A DNA stretch of 64,000 nt from Clostridiales bacterium (lineage in GTDB: Bacteria; Bacillota; Clostridia; Lachnospirales; Lachnospiraceae), in contig JAHYZV010000009.1 in the NCBI GenBank assembly GCA_019424245.1, positions 5,317 to 69,316 of the forward strand, read 5' to 3'. This document shows, piece after piece, positions 22,105 to 32,340 of the stretch. Position 1 is the stretch's first letter. Each line of letters starts with the position of its first letter. The notes below the pieces were generated by a model. It was given only the letters and a program-made list of their open reading frames with translations, was not told the origin of the DNA and ran no database searches. A program made the translations under genes and the position numbers.

Positions 22105-22268
22105 ATTTTAAAAGATTATTAAAACGGATATTATTACTTGTGTAAATAACACAAAGAGATTAAAATGATGTAAGGATTGCCAGAAGCGATAGCTTACTCT
22201 TCATTGTATAATGGAGGGACTAAAATAAGTTCTGGCAGTTATGCCATATAAGAAAAGGAAGAAAGCTT

Positions 22269-23411
22269 GTGAATATAAAAGAATTACTTGATATATGTAT
22301 AGATAAAAACCTTATAGATATGACTATAAGCAGCAGAAAACTAAAAGATGAAACAAAAGCACAGAAGGTAAAGATAAGGCCGGTTATTATTAAAGATACA
22401 TTGGAGTATCAGGTATCTGAGTTTGTTGGAAGAAAGGTGCTGCATACTAATTATACACAGAAAGATGTTAAGAAGCGTATAGAAAAGTATATGGAAGAAG
22501 AGTTTAAGCAGGCGCAGATAACTAGAACAGATTCATTGGCAACTATTCTTTCAAGCAAAAGTGGAACATGTACATGTAAGTATAAGAAGGCAAAGGAAAT
22601 AAAGGCACAAAAGGAGTTAAGCCATAACAGAACCAAAAAATATATAATCCAGGAAGGCACACCTGTAGGCTTTATGATAGACCTTGGGGTTATGACACCT
22701 GATGGCAGGATAGTAAGAACACGCTATGATAAGTTCAGGCAGATTAACCGGTTTCTTGAGTTTATAGAAGACATACTTCCAAGACTGGATAAGGATAAAG
22801 AACAGACTATAATAGATTTCGGATGTGGTAAGTCGTATCTTACATTTGCAATGTATTATTATCTGAAGGAACTCAAGGGTTATAATATAAGGGTAATAGG
22901 TCTTGATCTTAAAGAAGATGTCATAGAACATTGCAATGAGTTAAGAACAAAATATGGATATGACAGACTGGATTTTTATGTTGGTGACATAGCAACATAT
23001 AAGGATGTTGACAGTGTAGATATGGTAGTGACACTTCATGCATGTGATACAGCAACAGATTATGCGCTTGCAAAGGCTGTAGCATGGGGAGCGAAGGTTA
23101 TACTGTCTGTACCATGCTGTCAGCATGAGGCTAACAGGACTATAAGCAGTACGCTTCTGTCGCCAGTTATGGATTATGGTATACTTAAAGAAAGAATGTC
23201 TGCAATAATAACCGATGCAGCACGTGCCAATATGTTAAAGGCGAGAGGTTATGATACTCAGATTTTGGAATTTATTGATATGGAACACACTCCTAAGAAT
23301 CTGCTTATAAGAGCTGTAAAAACAGGAAAAACAGATGAAAAAGCAGAAAAACAGGCAGAGGATATGCAGAAGGCGCTAGGTATAGAGCTGACTATTTCAA
23401 AGCTGTTATAA
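22269..23411 (+). CDS. Class I SAM-dependent methyltransferase
   Basis: IIDFGCGKSYL, LHACDTATD, VPCCQH, EHTPKN. Confidence 0.88.
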   Translation: MNIKELLDICIDKNLIDMTISSRKLKDETKAQKVKIRPVIIKDTLEYQVSEFVGRKVLHTNYTQKDVKKRIEKYMEEEFKQAQITRTDSLATILSSKSGTCTCKYKKAKEIKAQKELSHNRTKKYIIQEGTPVGFMIDLGVMTPDGRIVRTRYDKFRQINRFLEFIEDILPRLDKDKEQTIIDFGCGKSYLTFAMYYYLKELKGYNIRVIGLDLKEDVIEHCNELRTKYGYDRLDFYVGDIATYKDVDSVDMVVTLHACDTATDYALAKAVAWGAKVILSVPCCQHEANRTISSTLLSPVMDYGILKERMSAIITDAARANMLKARGYDTQILEFIDMEHTPKNLLIRAVKTGKTDEKAEKQAEDMQKALGIELTISKLL

Positions 23412-23463
23412 AGAGTTATGAGTGAAATGTTAAATCTGTAAAATAACAGGAATGGAGAGAATA

Positions 23464-26001
23464 ATGAGAAGAACTGATAAAAGGTCCAGCTCCAAATATA
23501 TTTTTTTAGGCGTATTGTTTATTGCGACTATGGTTGTTACATTTTTATCTATGGGACTTGAGACGGTTACACCATCGGCAACGACTATGACGGAGGCTAC
23601 ATTACCAGTCATATCAATGCTGACAGATGAAGGAACGGAATTTAATCCACTTCATGGATATACAGCAGCTATTAATCAGGCACTTACTAATGACAGCCTT
23701 ACACCGATAGCACAGAACAGAAAGCTTGATATAGTAATATATAGCTATGGGGCAGATGTGCAGGAGGTTTCATACAAAGTAAGAAGCCTGTCGGATAATT
23801 CGCTTATTGAGAATACTAAGGTAAATACACTTAACAGAGATGACAATAAAATAACAGCAACTCTTGGAATAAAGAATCTTATAGATGATAATGTACAGTA
23901 TGCACTTGAGATAATGATAAAAACATCAGCACATGATGAAATATATTATTATACAAGAATAGTTACAGGAGAGAATTATGAGCTGGATAAGAAGTTTGAG
24001 TTTGTAAAATATTTTAATGCATGCACATTAAATCCAGGCAGACTGAATGAAATCCAGAAGTATCTTGAAACATTATCAAGTGGCAACAACAGTAACTATG
24101 GTAAGGTAAATATTAACAGTTCGTTATCACAGGTTGGCTGGGGAGAAATAACACCATATATAGAAAGCCAGCTTGTACCTAAAGTTAAGGAAATAAGCAA
24201 GGATGTTGCTATTATAACTTTAAACTATAGGGCAGGTGCGGTTAACGAATATGATTCTTATGATTCATATAATGTTTATGAGTACTATAGAATAAGGCAG
24301 ACTAATTCAGGATTTTATCTGCTTAACTATGAAAGGGAAGCAAACCAGATATTTGATGGAAAGAACGATCTTACATCGGCTGGAAAGATTAATCTTGGAA
24401 TACAATCATCATCAACAGCAGAGTATGCTTCAGATGAAAAGGCAAAATATGCATATTATGTAAATGAGGGTTCATTATGGTGCTTCAATACAGATGATAA
24501 TATATATACGAGAGTTTTCTCTTTTAATACAGACGAAACAGATGGTATACGTGAGAATTATAATGAACATGGCATAAAAATACTAAATGTACAGGATAGT
24601 GGTGACTGCAGCTTTTTGGTATATGGATATATGAACAGAGGTGAACATGAAGGTGAATCAGGTGTTTCGCTCTGCAGATATTCATATATAGATAATAAGG
24701 TTGAAGAAAGATTATATATTCCAGTTGATATACCATATGATATATTATCGCAGAATATAGGAAACATAGCTTATCTTGCAGACGAGAATACATTTTATAT
24801 ACTTATGGATGACTCACTGTATTGTATCGATCTTATAAGCAAAGAGGTTATGACAGTTGTATCAGATCTTGTAGATGGAACATATGCGGTATCTGAGGAT
24901 GGAAGCTCTATAGCATACAGCATTAACGGTAAGCTATATGGAACTGAAAGTATAAGAGTATTCAACATGTCAGATGATAGTGAACACATAATACAGGCTG
25001 ATGATGGCGACTATATAAAATGTCTGGGATATATCAATAATGATTTTATATATGGTGTGGCACATAAGGATGACATTATAATAAAAGATGACGGAAACAG
25101 AACATTTGCAATGTATAAAGTATGTATCATGAATTCTTCATATGAGATTATAAAAGAGTATGAGGAAAACGGTATATATGTAAGTGATGCAAGTGTTTCA
25201 GATATGCGTATCAATCTTACAAGAATAGTGAAGTCTGGTTCAGGATATGAAGGAACAAGTATAGATCAGCTTATCAATAAAGATGAGAATGTAAAAACAG
25301 ACGGACTGGCGTTAGATTCTGTAGTGAGTGATAACAGAAAGCAGGAGCTGGCAATAAAGCTTACAAAAGCTTTGTCATCAACAACTGTACAGTTCAGGAC
25401 TTCTTCTGATGTTGTATACAGAGAGGATGCAGTTCTTGAACTGGCAAAAGAATTCAAGGGTGATGGAAGGTATTATGTATATGGATATGGTAAGTTTCAG
25501 AACAGTACGACGGATATATCCAAAGCTATAGCCCTTGCGTATGATACCTATGGCTCAGTAGCGGATTATAACGCTAATACAATATGGAAAAGATATAAAA
25601 ATACTACAGGAGAACTTAAGGGATTATCATTATCAGGACAGTCATCTGGCGCACTGGCCAGCGCATTGCAGGCAGTTGCTGCATATGCCGGAGGACAGTC
25701 AGATATATCGGAAGCTCTTAAGACAAAGACAGCAGATGAAGTGCTTAGCAGTATACCAGGAGTAAGCGGAATAAGTATTAAGGGAGTATCTATAGACAAA
25801 ATGCTTAATTTCATTGATAATGGATGCCCGGTTATAGGAAAAAGTGGGAATGATTCATATGTTATAATAACGGCATATGATTCTAAGAATGTGACTTATA
25901 CGGATGCAGCATCAGGTATGAGTCAGACAGTTTCCTTAACAGATGCAAATAAGTTATTTACACAATGGGAAAATGTATTTGTAACATATTACAAGAATTA
26001 A
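23464..26001 (+). CDS. Large membrane-anchored hypothetical protein (~845 aa), co-transcribed with a class A PBP
   Basis: Long ORF with one N-terminal TM helix, a beta-rich body and a C-terminal GCPVI...YVIITAYD segment. Confidence 0.8.
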   Translation: MRRTDKRSSSKYIFLGVLFIATMVVTFLSMGLETVTPSATTMTEATLPVISMLTDEGTEFNPLHGYTAAINQALTNDSLTPIAQNRKLDIVIYSYGADVQEVSYKVRSLSDNSLIENTKVNTLNRDDNKITATLGIKNLIDDNVQYALEIMIKTSAHDEIYYYTRIVTGENYELDKKFEFVKYFNACTLNPGRLNEIQKYLETLSSGNNSNYGKVNINSSLSQVGWGEITPYIESQLVPKVKEISKDVAIITLNYRAGAVNEYDSYDSYNVYEYYRIRQTNSGFYLLNYEREANQIFDGKNDLTSAGKINLGIQSSSTAEYASDEKAKYAYYVNEGSLWCFNTDDNIYTRVFSFNTDETDGIRENYNEHGIKILNVQDSGDCSFLVYGYMNRGEHEGESGVSLCRYSYIDNKVEERLYIPVDIPYDILSQNIGNIAYLADENTFYILMDDSLYCIDLISKEVMTVVSDLVDGTYAVSEDGSSIAYSINGKLYGTESIRVFNMSDDSEHIIQADDGDYIKCLGYINNDFIYGVAHKDDIIIKDDGNRTFAMYKVCIMNSSYEIIKEYEENGIYVSDASVSDMRINLTRIVKSGSGYEGTSIDQLINKDENVKTDGLALDSVVSDNRKQELAIKLTKALSSTTVQFRTSSDVVYREDAVLELAKEFKGDGRYYVYGYGKFQNSTTDISKAIALAYDTYGSVADYNANTIWKRYKNTTGELKGLSLSGQSSGALASALQAVAAYAGGQSDISEALKTKTADEVLSSIPGVSGISIKGVSIDKMLNFIDNGCPVIGKSGNDSYVIITAYDSKNVTYTDAASGMSQTVSLTDANKLFTQWENVFVTYYKN

Positions 26002-26014
26002 AGAGGATATGTAT

Positions 26015-28276
26015 ATGGCGAATTCATCAGAAAGCAGAACTTCACAGAAAAGAAACGCACAAGTTAAAAAACCTGTACGAATTAATTCAAAAAAACGCAG
26101 GAGACGCAGAATAATAAAAAGAATAGTAATAGCAATTATAGTTGTGTTACTGGCTGGTGCAGGTATATATGCAGGACCAAAGCTTGTAAAGATAGCTAAG
26201 CTTGCAGCAGATGCAAAGCAGATGGCAGATGAGAGTAGTGTTGATATTTTTAAGAATGGAAAGACAACAGTTATATATGATAAGAATGGTGACCAGCTTT
26301 GTACCATGAAAGCATCAAAGGATATGTATTATATAGATTATGATAACATACCAGCTACGCTTGCAGATTCGTTTGTTGTTATGGAGGACAGGGATTTTTA
26401 TAATCATTCAGGTATTGATATTAAAGCGATTATACGAGCGCTGATAGCAAACCGTAAAAGTGATACTATAGTCCAGGGAGCCAGCACAATAACACAGCAG
26501 GTTGCCAAGAATGTTTTTCTGACACAGGAAGTAACGTGGGATAGAAAGATCAAGGAGATATTCCTTGCATGGGGGCTTGAAAAGAAATACTCAAAGGAGC
26601 AGATACTTGAGTTCTATCTTAACAACATATATTTCAGTAACGGATATTATGGTGTAGAAGCAGCAGCTAAAGGATATTTTGGAAAATCAGCTTCGGAGCT
26701 TTCAGTATCGGAACAGGCATTTATAGCAGCAATACCAAACAATCCGACTAAGTACAATCCGCTGACAAACTATGATGCTACGCTTACAAGAAGGAATCTT
26801 ATACTTAAAGAGTTATATAATGCAGATTATATAGATTCGATGACATATAACACAGCGCTTGATGAAGAGATAACTGTATCTGGCTCAGGAGAAAAGGTAT
26901 CAACGAAGAATAATTCTGTAGAAACATATGCAAGACATTGTGCTACAGAAGAAATGATGAAGTACTGTGGATTCGTTATGAGAAACAACTTTAATTCCGA
27001 AGATGAATATAATGAATATGAAGAACTTTACCAGAAATATTATTCAACATGCCAGCAGATGCTTCTTGGCGGTGGATATACTGTGTATACAAGTATAGAT
27101 CCAGAGGCACAGGAGGCACTTCAGGATTCGATAGATAAAAACCTTGCTTCATATAAAACATTATCGGATGATGGTGTATATGAATTTCAGGGAGCCGCAA
27201 CATGTATAGATAACAGTACTGGTAATGTTGTTGCAATAGTTGGCTCACGAAGCCAGGAGCTTGATGGATATACACTTAACAGGGCATATCAGAGCTACAG
27301 ACAGCCAGGAAGCTCAATAAAACCAATAGTTGTTTATACACCATATTTACAGCAGGGAAATACACCGGATACTATAGTTACTGATGAAAGGATAGATGGT
27401 GGACCTAATAATGCTGACGGCTCATATGCAGGACAGATGACACTAAGAACTGCTGTCATGAAGTCGAAGAACACAGTAGCATGGAAAATATACAGAGACG
27501 ACATTACGCCTAAGATGGGTATAGGTTTCCTGCTTAATATGGGATTCCATAAGGTATGGATGGATAAGAACACCAACGCAGTTGCACTTGGAGGCTTCAC
27601 ATATGGTGTTTCGACAGAAGAAATGGCAGGTGCATATGCCACTATAGCAAATGATGGAATGTTCCGGCAGCCTACGTGTGTTACAAAGATAACTAACACA
27701 TCTGGAAGGACGATAGTAGATACATCCGGAAGAGAAGTGAGGGTATATGATACTAATTCATGCCGCCTTATGACAGATATGTTAAGATCCGTAGTTACTG
27801 GAGGTACAGGTGTTGGTGCAGAACCATCAGATGCTATTGTAGCTGGTAAAACAGGAACGACTAATAGTAACAAGGATGCATACTTCTGTGGATATAGCCA
27901 GTATTATACTATGGCTGTATGGACAGGTTACGATTATCCTAAGACACAGAGTTCTGTAAAGACACTTAGCATATTCAGGGATTTTATGGAAGTGATCCAT
28001 AAAGGAAAGGAGAAGGTTGAGTTTAAGACTGCCTCTAACGTGATAACAAAGCAGACAGAAACACAACCGGAAACAACAACGTCAGAAGAGCAGGAAACAT
28101 CTACCAAGCAGGAAACAACAAGCAGGGTTCAGGCAACAACGAAAGAACAGATACAAAAGACAACAGCAGATAATACATCCACCTCTACAAAGGCAACAGA
28201 AAAAACAACGGAAAATAAGACAAAGCATACAGGAGAGTGGGATGCACCGACGCAGACGGATAAAGTTATAGAGTAA
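26015..28276 (+). CDS. Class A penicillin-binding protein (PBP1A family)
   Basis: EDRDFYNH and GASTITQQ transglycosylase motifs; SSIK, SKN and KTG transpeptidase motifs; T/E-rich tail. Confidence 0.95.
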   Translation: MANSSESRTSQKRNAQVKKPVRINSKKRRRRRIIKRIVIAIIVVLLAGAGIYAGPKLVKIAKLAADAKQMADESSVDIFKNGKTTVIYDKNGDQLCTMKASKDMYYIDYDNIPATLADSFVVMEDRDFYNHSGIDIKAIIRALIANRKSDTIVQGASTITQQVAKNVFLTQEVTWDRKIKEIFLAWGLEKKYSKEQILEFYLNNIYFSNGYYGVEAAAKGYFGKSASELSVSEQAFIAAIPNNPTKYNPLTNYDATLTRRNLILKELYNADYIDSMTYNTALDEEITVSGSGEKVSTKNNSVETYARHCATEEMMKYCGFVMRNNFNSEDEYNEYEELYQKYYSTCQQMLLGGGYTVYTSIDPEAQEALQDSIDKNLASYKTLSDDGVYEFQGAATCIDNSTGNVVAIVGSRSQELDGYTLNRAYQSYRQPGSSIKPIVVYTPYLQQGNTPDTIVTDERIDGGPNNADGSYAGQMTLRTAVMKSKNTVAWKIYRDDITPKMGIGFLLNMGFHKVWMDKNTNAVALGGFTYGVSTEEMAGAYATIANDGMFRQPTCVTKITNTSGRTIVDTSGREVRVYDTNSCRLMTDMLRSVVTGGTGVGAEPSDAIVAGKTGTTNSNKDAYFCGYSQYYTMAVWTGYDYPKTQSSVKTLSIFRDFMEVIHKGKEKVEFKTASNVITKQTETQPETTTSEEQETSTKQETTSRVQATTKEQIQKTTADNTSTSTKATEKTTENKTKHTGEWDAPTQTDKVIE

Positions 28277-28356
28277 AGCTGCATGCTGTATTGAAGATTT
28301 TTATATTAAGTTACTTATGTAAGATATTAAAATGTAAGATGCTAAAAAGTAATATG

Positions 28357-28407
28357 TAAAAAAGCTGCTGTGACATTGATATAGTTAATGCCACAGCAGC
28401 TTTTTTA
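28357..28407. terminator. Bidirectional intrinsic terminator
   Basis: TAAAAAAGCTGCTGTG...CACAGCAGCTTTTTTA. Confidence 0.88.
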
Positions 28408-28478
28408 TATATATCAGTGAGCGGCAAAATTTACTTTTGACACTCACATCATCTTATGATAAATAATATAACGTGAAA

Positions 28479-28931
28479 TTACTTATTCTTTTTACCGAAA
28501 TTCTTGAAAAATCCTTTTTTCTTCTTTTCTTCAACAACTATTTTTCCACCACGTACTGACTTGATACCAGTGATGTATATACCGCTGACCTCTGCTTTAA
28601 CTTCAGCCTTAATAGGAATCTGGTCATATACCTTAGGATCAGCCATAAGAGTCATAACCTTAGGACCAATCTTTGCCTTTACAACAGGTACCTTGCTTCT
28701 TTGAAGGTACTTAGGTGTCTGGTCAAGTACGATCTTAGGAAGACCAGCTTCTTTTAATTTCATTTTTTTCTTATCGATGATCAGCATCGACATAACCTGC
28801 TTGGCAGCATCAATCTGTGCCTGATTAGCATCCTGCTTCTTACGAAGCTTGTTACCTACAATAATAAGAGCTACTAAAGCAACAACAAGTATTGCAATAA
28901 TAACCAATAAAACTATCGCCCATACTGGCAT
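28479..28931 (-). CDS. Hypothetical single-TM basic protein
   Basis: AGGAGG RBS; N-terminal TM helix followed by a Lys-rich domain. Confidence 0.8.
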   Translation of the reverse strand: MPVWAIVLLVIIAILVVALVALIIVGNKLRKKQDANQAQIDAAKQVMSMLIIDKKKMKLKEAGLPKIVLDQTPKYLQRSKVPVVKAKIGPKVMTLMADPKVYDQIPIKAEVKAEVSGIYITGIKSVRGGKIVVEEKKKKGFFKNFGKKNK

Positions 28932-29029
28932 AATTATTTCCTCCTGCATATATATTTCAGTAATTCATTAATAACTTTAGTATTATATCACGTAAAAAGA
29001 GTGATGAAAAGATATTAAACACTAATATT

Positions 29030-29761
29030 TTATACAAGTTTCTGATTATTGTTATACTTGGTAAGTATAAGTCCGTGTACATATTCTGGCACATTCTTCT
29101 TATCTTCAGCGGACATCAGAGACATATCAAGAGGTTCGCAGAATTCTATAATAGTGTGAGCTTTTTTAAGAAATGGTGCATGATCTTCAAATATAGCAGA
29201 AGTGTTGTTCTGCACAACAGGTACTATAAGACAGCCGGATTTTTCAGCAAGCTTAAAGCTTCCAGCATGAAATTCCATTACACCTTCACCTTTGTTACGT
29301 GTCCCCTCAGGGAATATTACAAGAGAGGTACCATTTTTAATATATTCGATACCAGTAAGGATTGACTTAAGTGCAGCTCTTGTATTGTTTCTGTCAAGCA
29401 TAATACATTTTATATTAGCCATCCATCTGCGTAGTATAGGTACCTTTGACATTTCATTTTTTGCAACGTAGGCAGCCCTGCCTTTAATAAATGTATAAGA
29501 TATGATTACATCAAAAAATCCACGATGGTTTCCTACAAACAAAACAGGCTTATCAGCTGGTATATTTTCAAGTCCGATGGCGGTGATGTTTGTTCCGCAT
29601 ATAAGAAGAATAAGTCTGAACATAAATCTTGCTATTGCATCTGAGGCTTTTTCTTTAGCAAGTGGATTCTTTTTGCCGGCAAGCCACAGTATAGGAAGTG
29701 CAAGCAGGCTGAATAAAGCAAATATTAACAAAACAATTATCAGTATGATTAGTCTGATCAT
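29030..29761 (-). CDS. plsC: 1-acyl-sn-glycerol-3-phosphate acyltransferase
   Basis: NHRGFFD (HxxxxD) and FPEGTR motifs. Confidence 0.9.
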   Translation of the reverse strand: MIRLIILIIVLLIFALFSLLALPILWLAGKKNPLAKEKASDAIARFMFRLILLICGTNITAIGLENIPADKPVLFVGNHRGFFDVIISYTFIKGRAAYVAKNEMSKVPILRRWMANIKCIMLDRNNTRAALKSILTGIEYIKNGTSLVIFPEGTRNKGEGVMEFHAGSFKLAEKSGCLIVPVVQNNTSAIFEDHAPFLKKAHTIIEFCEPLDMSLMSAEDKKNVPEYVHGLILTKYNNNQKLV

Positions 29762-29842
29762 ATATAACTCCTTTTAATAAAATTATCTTTTGATGTTATG
29801 ATAAAATATCTATAACAAGTATAATACCAATACTTAGCTGTT

Positions 29843-30883
29843 CTACTTCTGCACATACGAGGATGCGTAAGAAGAGTAAAGCTTTGTACCATCATTTTTC
29901 ATAAATATAGCTTCTATGCCATCAAGGCTTTCAATCAGCTCCATTCCTTTATCAGCACCGAGAACAAAACAGGTTGTACTAAGGCAGTCACCGGTTGTTG
30001 ATTCATGTGATATGATGGTAACATCACAAAGCTCTGATTCATATGGGTATCCGGTTTTTGGGTTTAAAATATGGTGGTAAAAAGTTCCGTCACCAGAATA
30101 AAAATACCTTTCATATGTTCCGGATGATACAACAGATGAATCGTTGATGTTTAACAGCTCCATATATTCACCTGTATCAGAGAAAGGCTTTTTAACAGCG
30201 ATTGTAAAATCGGTATTTTTCTTTTTTTCTCCAATGCATAAAACATTGCCACCAAGATTAATTATAGCGCTTTTTACACCATTATCAACTAAAAAAGTCT
30301 TGATTTTGTCGGCTATATATCCCTTTGCTACGGCACCAAGGTCTATACAGAAGCCATCAGGCATATCTATATAGTGTGTTCCTGCTGTGTCAGTGTTAAG
30401 AGTGACCTTCGTATAATCTACATATTCCAGTGCATTGCTTATAAGTGAAGCATCAGGAACAGAAGGTGAATCGGAGGTGAAATCCCATAGACGGGATACA
30501 CTTCCTATGGTTATATCAAATGCACCATCTGACAGACGGCTGTATTCAAGACCGGTTTCAATAAGTTCATATAGTTCATCGCTTATTATTGATGTTTCTT
30601 TATTGTTGACCTTATACAGTTCGCTCGCTGCAAGAGTCCGTGAAAAAATATGTTCATAATGATCACATAACGATATAGCTTCCGAGATAATGCTTTTATT
30701 GACATTGGTATAAGAAGATATCTGCACATAAGTGTTTAGCTTATAATCAGTTATGCTTATTGGAGTTGTCAGGGTTAATTCAGTCCCGCATCCTGTAAGA
30801 GGAAGTATACAGGCTGTTATAAGCACAGTAGACAGAATCAGGCAGGATAACTTCTTTTTTTGTTTATACAAAATATTCTTCAT
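29843..30883 (-). CDS. apbE: FAD:protein FMN transferase lipoprotein
   Basis: LTGC lipobox; FDITIG, DLGAVAKGY, SGTYER, HHILNPKTG. Confidence 0.93.
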   Translation of the reverse strand: MKNILYKQKKKLSCLILSTVLITACILPLTGCGTELTLTTPISITDYKLNTYVQISSYTNVNKSIISEAISLCDHYEHIFSRTLAASELYKVNNKETSIISDELYELIETGLEYSRLSDGAFDITIGSVSRLWDFTSDSPSVPDASLISNALEYVDYTKVTLNTDTAGTHYIDMPDGFCIDLGAVAKGYIADKIKTFLVDNGVKSAIINLGGNVLCIGEKKKNTDFTIAVKKPFSDTGEYMELLNINDSSVVSSGTYERYFYSGDGTFYHHILNPKTGYPYESELCDVTIISHESTTGDCLSTTCFVLGADKGMELIESLDGIEAIFMKNDGTKLYSSYASSYVQK

Positions 30884-31056
30884 GTTTTCTTTTATTCCAA
30901 TTCCTATATTATTATATTTACCTAAAAGAGTATACCAAATATTGAAAAAAATGTGAATTCACTTTTAATTTGTACTGGATTATGTTATAACAGATAATGT
31001 TGTGAAACAAGCTGGCTGGAAATAACATGCCAAGAATAATGAAATGAGGATTATTT

Positions 31057-32223
31057 ATGAAAAAGAAATTAGTTAGCCTTATGCTTGCTGCTACAATGGT
31101 AGTATCGCTTGCAGCATGTGGCTCTAAAAAGACAGAAGCTCCAACTTCTACAGTACATAAGGATATAACTGCTGCACAGTATGATTCAATAATATCTGCA
31201 GATGCAGCAATATATAAAAAGAACTTTACAATGCCAGAGTTTAAGGGAATGGAAGTGACAGTAGATAAGTCAGTGCTTAATGTATCAGATTCGGATGTTG
31301 ATGATTATATTAACCAGAATATCATTGCTTCACAGGCAAAAACAGAAAATGTTACAAGTGGCGTTACAGCTAACGGTGATAGCATCATACTTGATTACTC
31401 AGGTAAGCTTGATGGTGAAGCATTCTCAGGTGGAACAGCAACAGATGCCTCATATACTATAGGTTCAGGAAATTTCATCAGTGATCTTGATAAGGGTCTT
31501 GTTGGACTTACAGTTGGACAGGAGTATGATATTCCATGCACATTCCCAGATAACTATACATCTGAGCTTGCTGGAAAGAGTGTAATATTCACTGTTAAAG
31601 TAACAGCTATAGTTAAGACTACATATCCAGAGATAACAGATGAATGGGTAATGGAAAACAAGGATACTCTTAATCTTTCAGGAACAACAGTTCCAGAGTT
31701 CAGGCAGGAAGTAAGAAAGATAGTAGAGGCTAATGCCAATGACAAATATATGCAGGCAACATTCAATACTGCATATGAAAAGATTAAAGAACAGATTGGT
31801 GATAGCGTGACATATCCAGATGATGAAGTACAGTCACTTGTTGAAGTGTTTAATACTAACATTGAAAACGAATTTAACAATTATGGTTCATACTATGGTG
31901 CGTCAGATCTTGATTCATATAAAACAAAGGTGTATGGTTTTGATTCAATAGATGCATACAACGAATATGTTGATAACCAGGCAAAGTCATACCTTTTAGA
32001 GAAGATGGTGATCACAGTAATTGCTGCAGATAACGATATCCACGTAAATGAAGATGAAATAGTATCATATGGTAACGATCTTGCAACATATTATGGATAT
32101 GATGATTTTGCTGCTATTACAGATGCAGTTGGTAACGAGGTTGTATCTGAGATTGGATACCAGATTCTTTCACAGAAGGTTATAGAGTTTGTATGCAGTC
32201 AGATATCAGAAGTTGAGAAGTAG
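31057..32223 (+). CDS. Trigger-factor-like FKBP peptidyl-prolyl isomerase, lipoprotein
   Basis: LAAC lipobox; DYSGKLDGEAFSGG...IGSGNFI...FPDNY..ELAGK.V.F FKBP domain; helical C-terminal domain. Confidence 0.85.
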   Translation: MKKKLVSLMLAATMVVSLAACGSKKTEAPTSTVHKDITAAQYDSIISADAAIYKKNFTMPEFKGMEVTVDKSVLNVSDSDVDDYINQNIIASQAKTENVTSGVTANGDSIILDYSGKLDGEAFSGGTATDASYTIGSGNFISDLDKGLVGLTVGQEYDIPCTFPDNYTSELAGKSVIFTVKVTAIVKTTYPEITDEWVMENKDTLNLSGTTVPEFRQEVRKIVEANANDKYMQATFNTAYEKIKEQIGDSVTYPDDEVQSLVEVFNTNIENEFNNYGSYYGASDLDSYKTKVYGFDSIDAYNEYVDNQAKSYLLEKMVITVIAADNDIHVNEDEIVSYGNDLATYYGYDDFAAITDAVGNEVVSEIGYQILSQKVIEFVCSQISEVEK

Positions 32224-32251
32224 AATACAGCATATATTATTCTGCATAAAT

Positions 32252-32296
32252 ATATTGGGACGGTGTATAATACATTGTCCCAATATTGTTTTTTTT
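32252..32296 (+). terminator. Intrinsic terminator
   Basis: ATATTGGGACGGTGTA-TAA-TACATTGTCCCAATAT followed by a T-run. Confidence 0.8.
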
Positions 32297-32340
32297 AGAT
32301 AAAGAAAAATTTATATGGTTTATATGAATGGGAGATTATA

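Noticed and set aside
28050..28270. ACAACA/GAAACA-rich repetitive DNA
   Set aside because: Encodes the low-complexity Thr/Glu tail of the PBP
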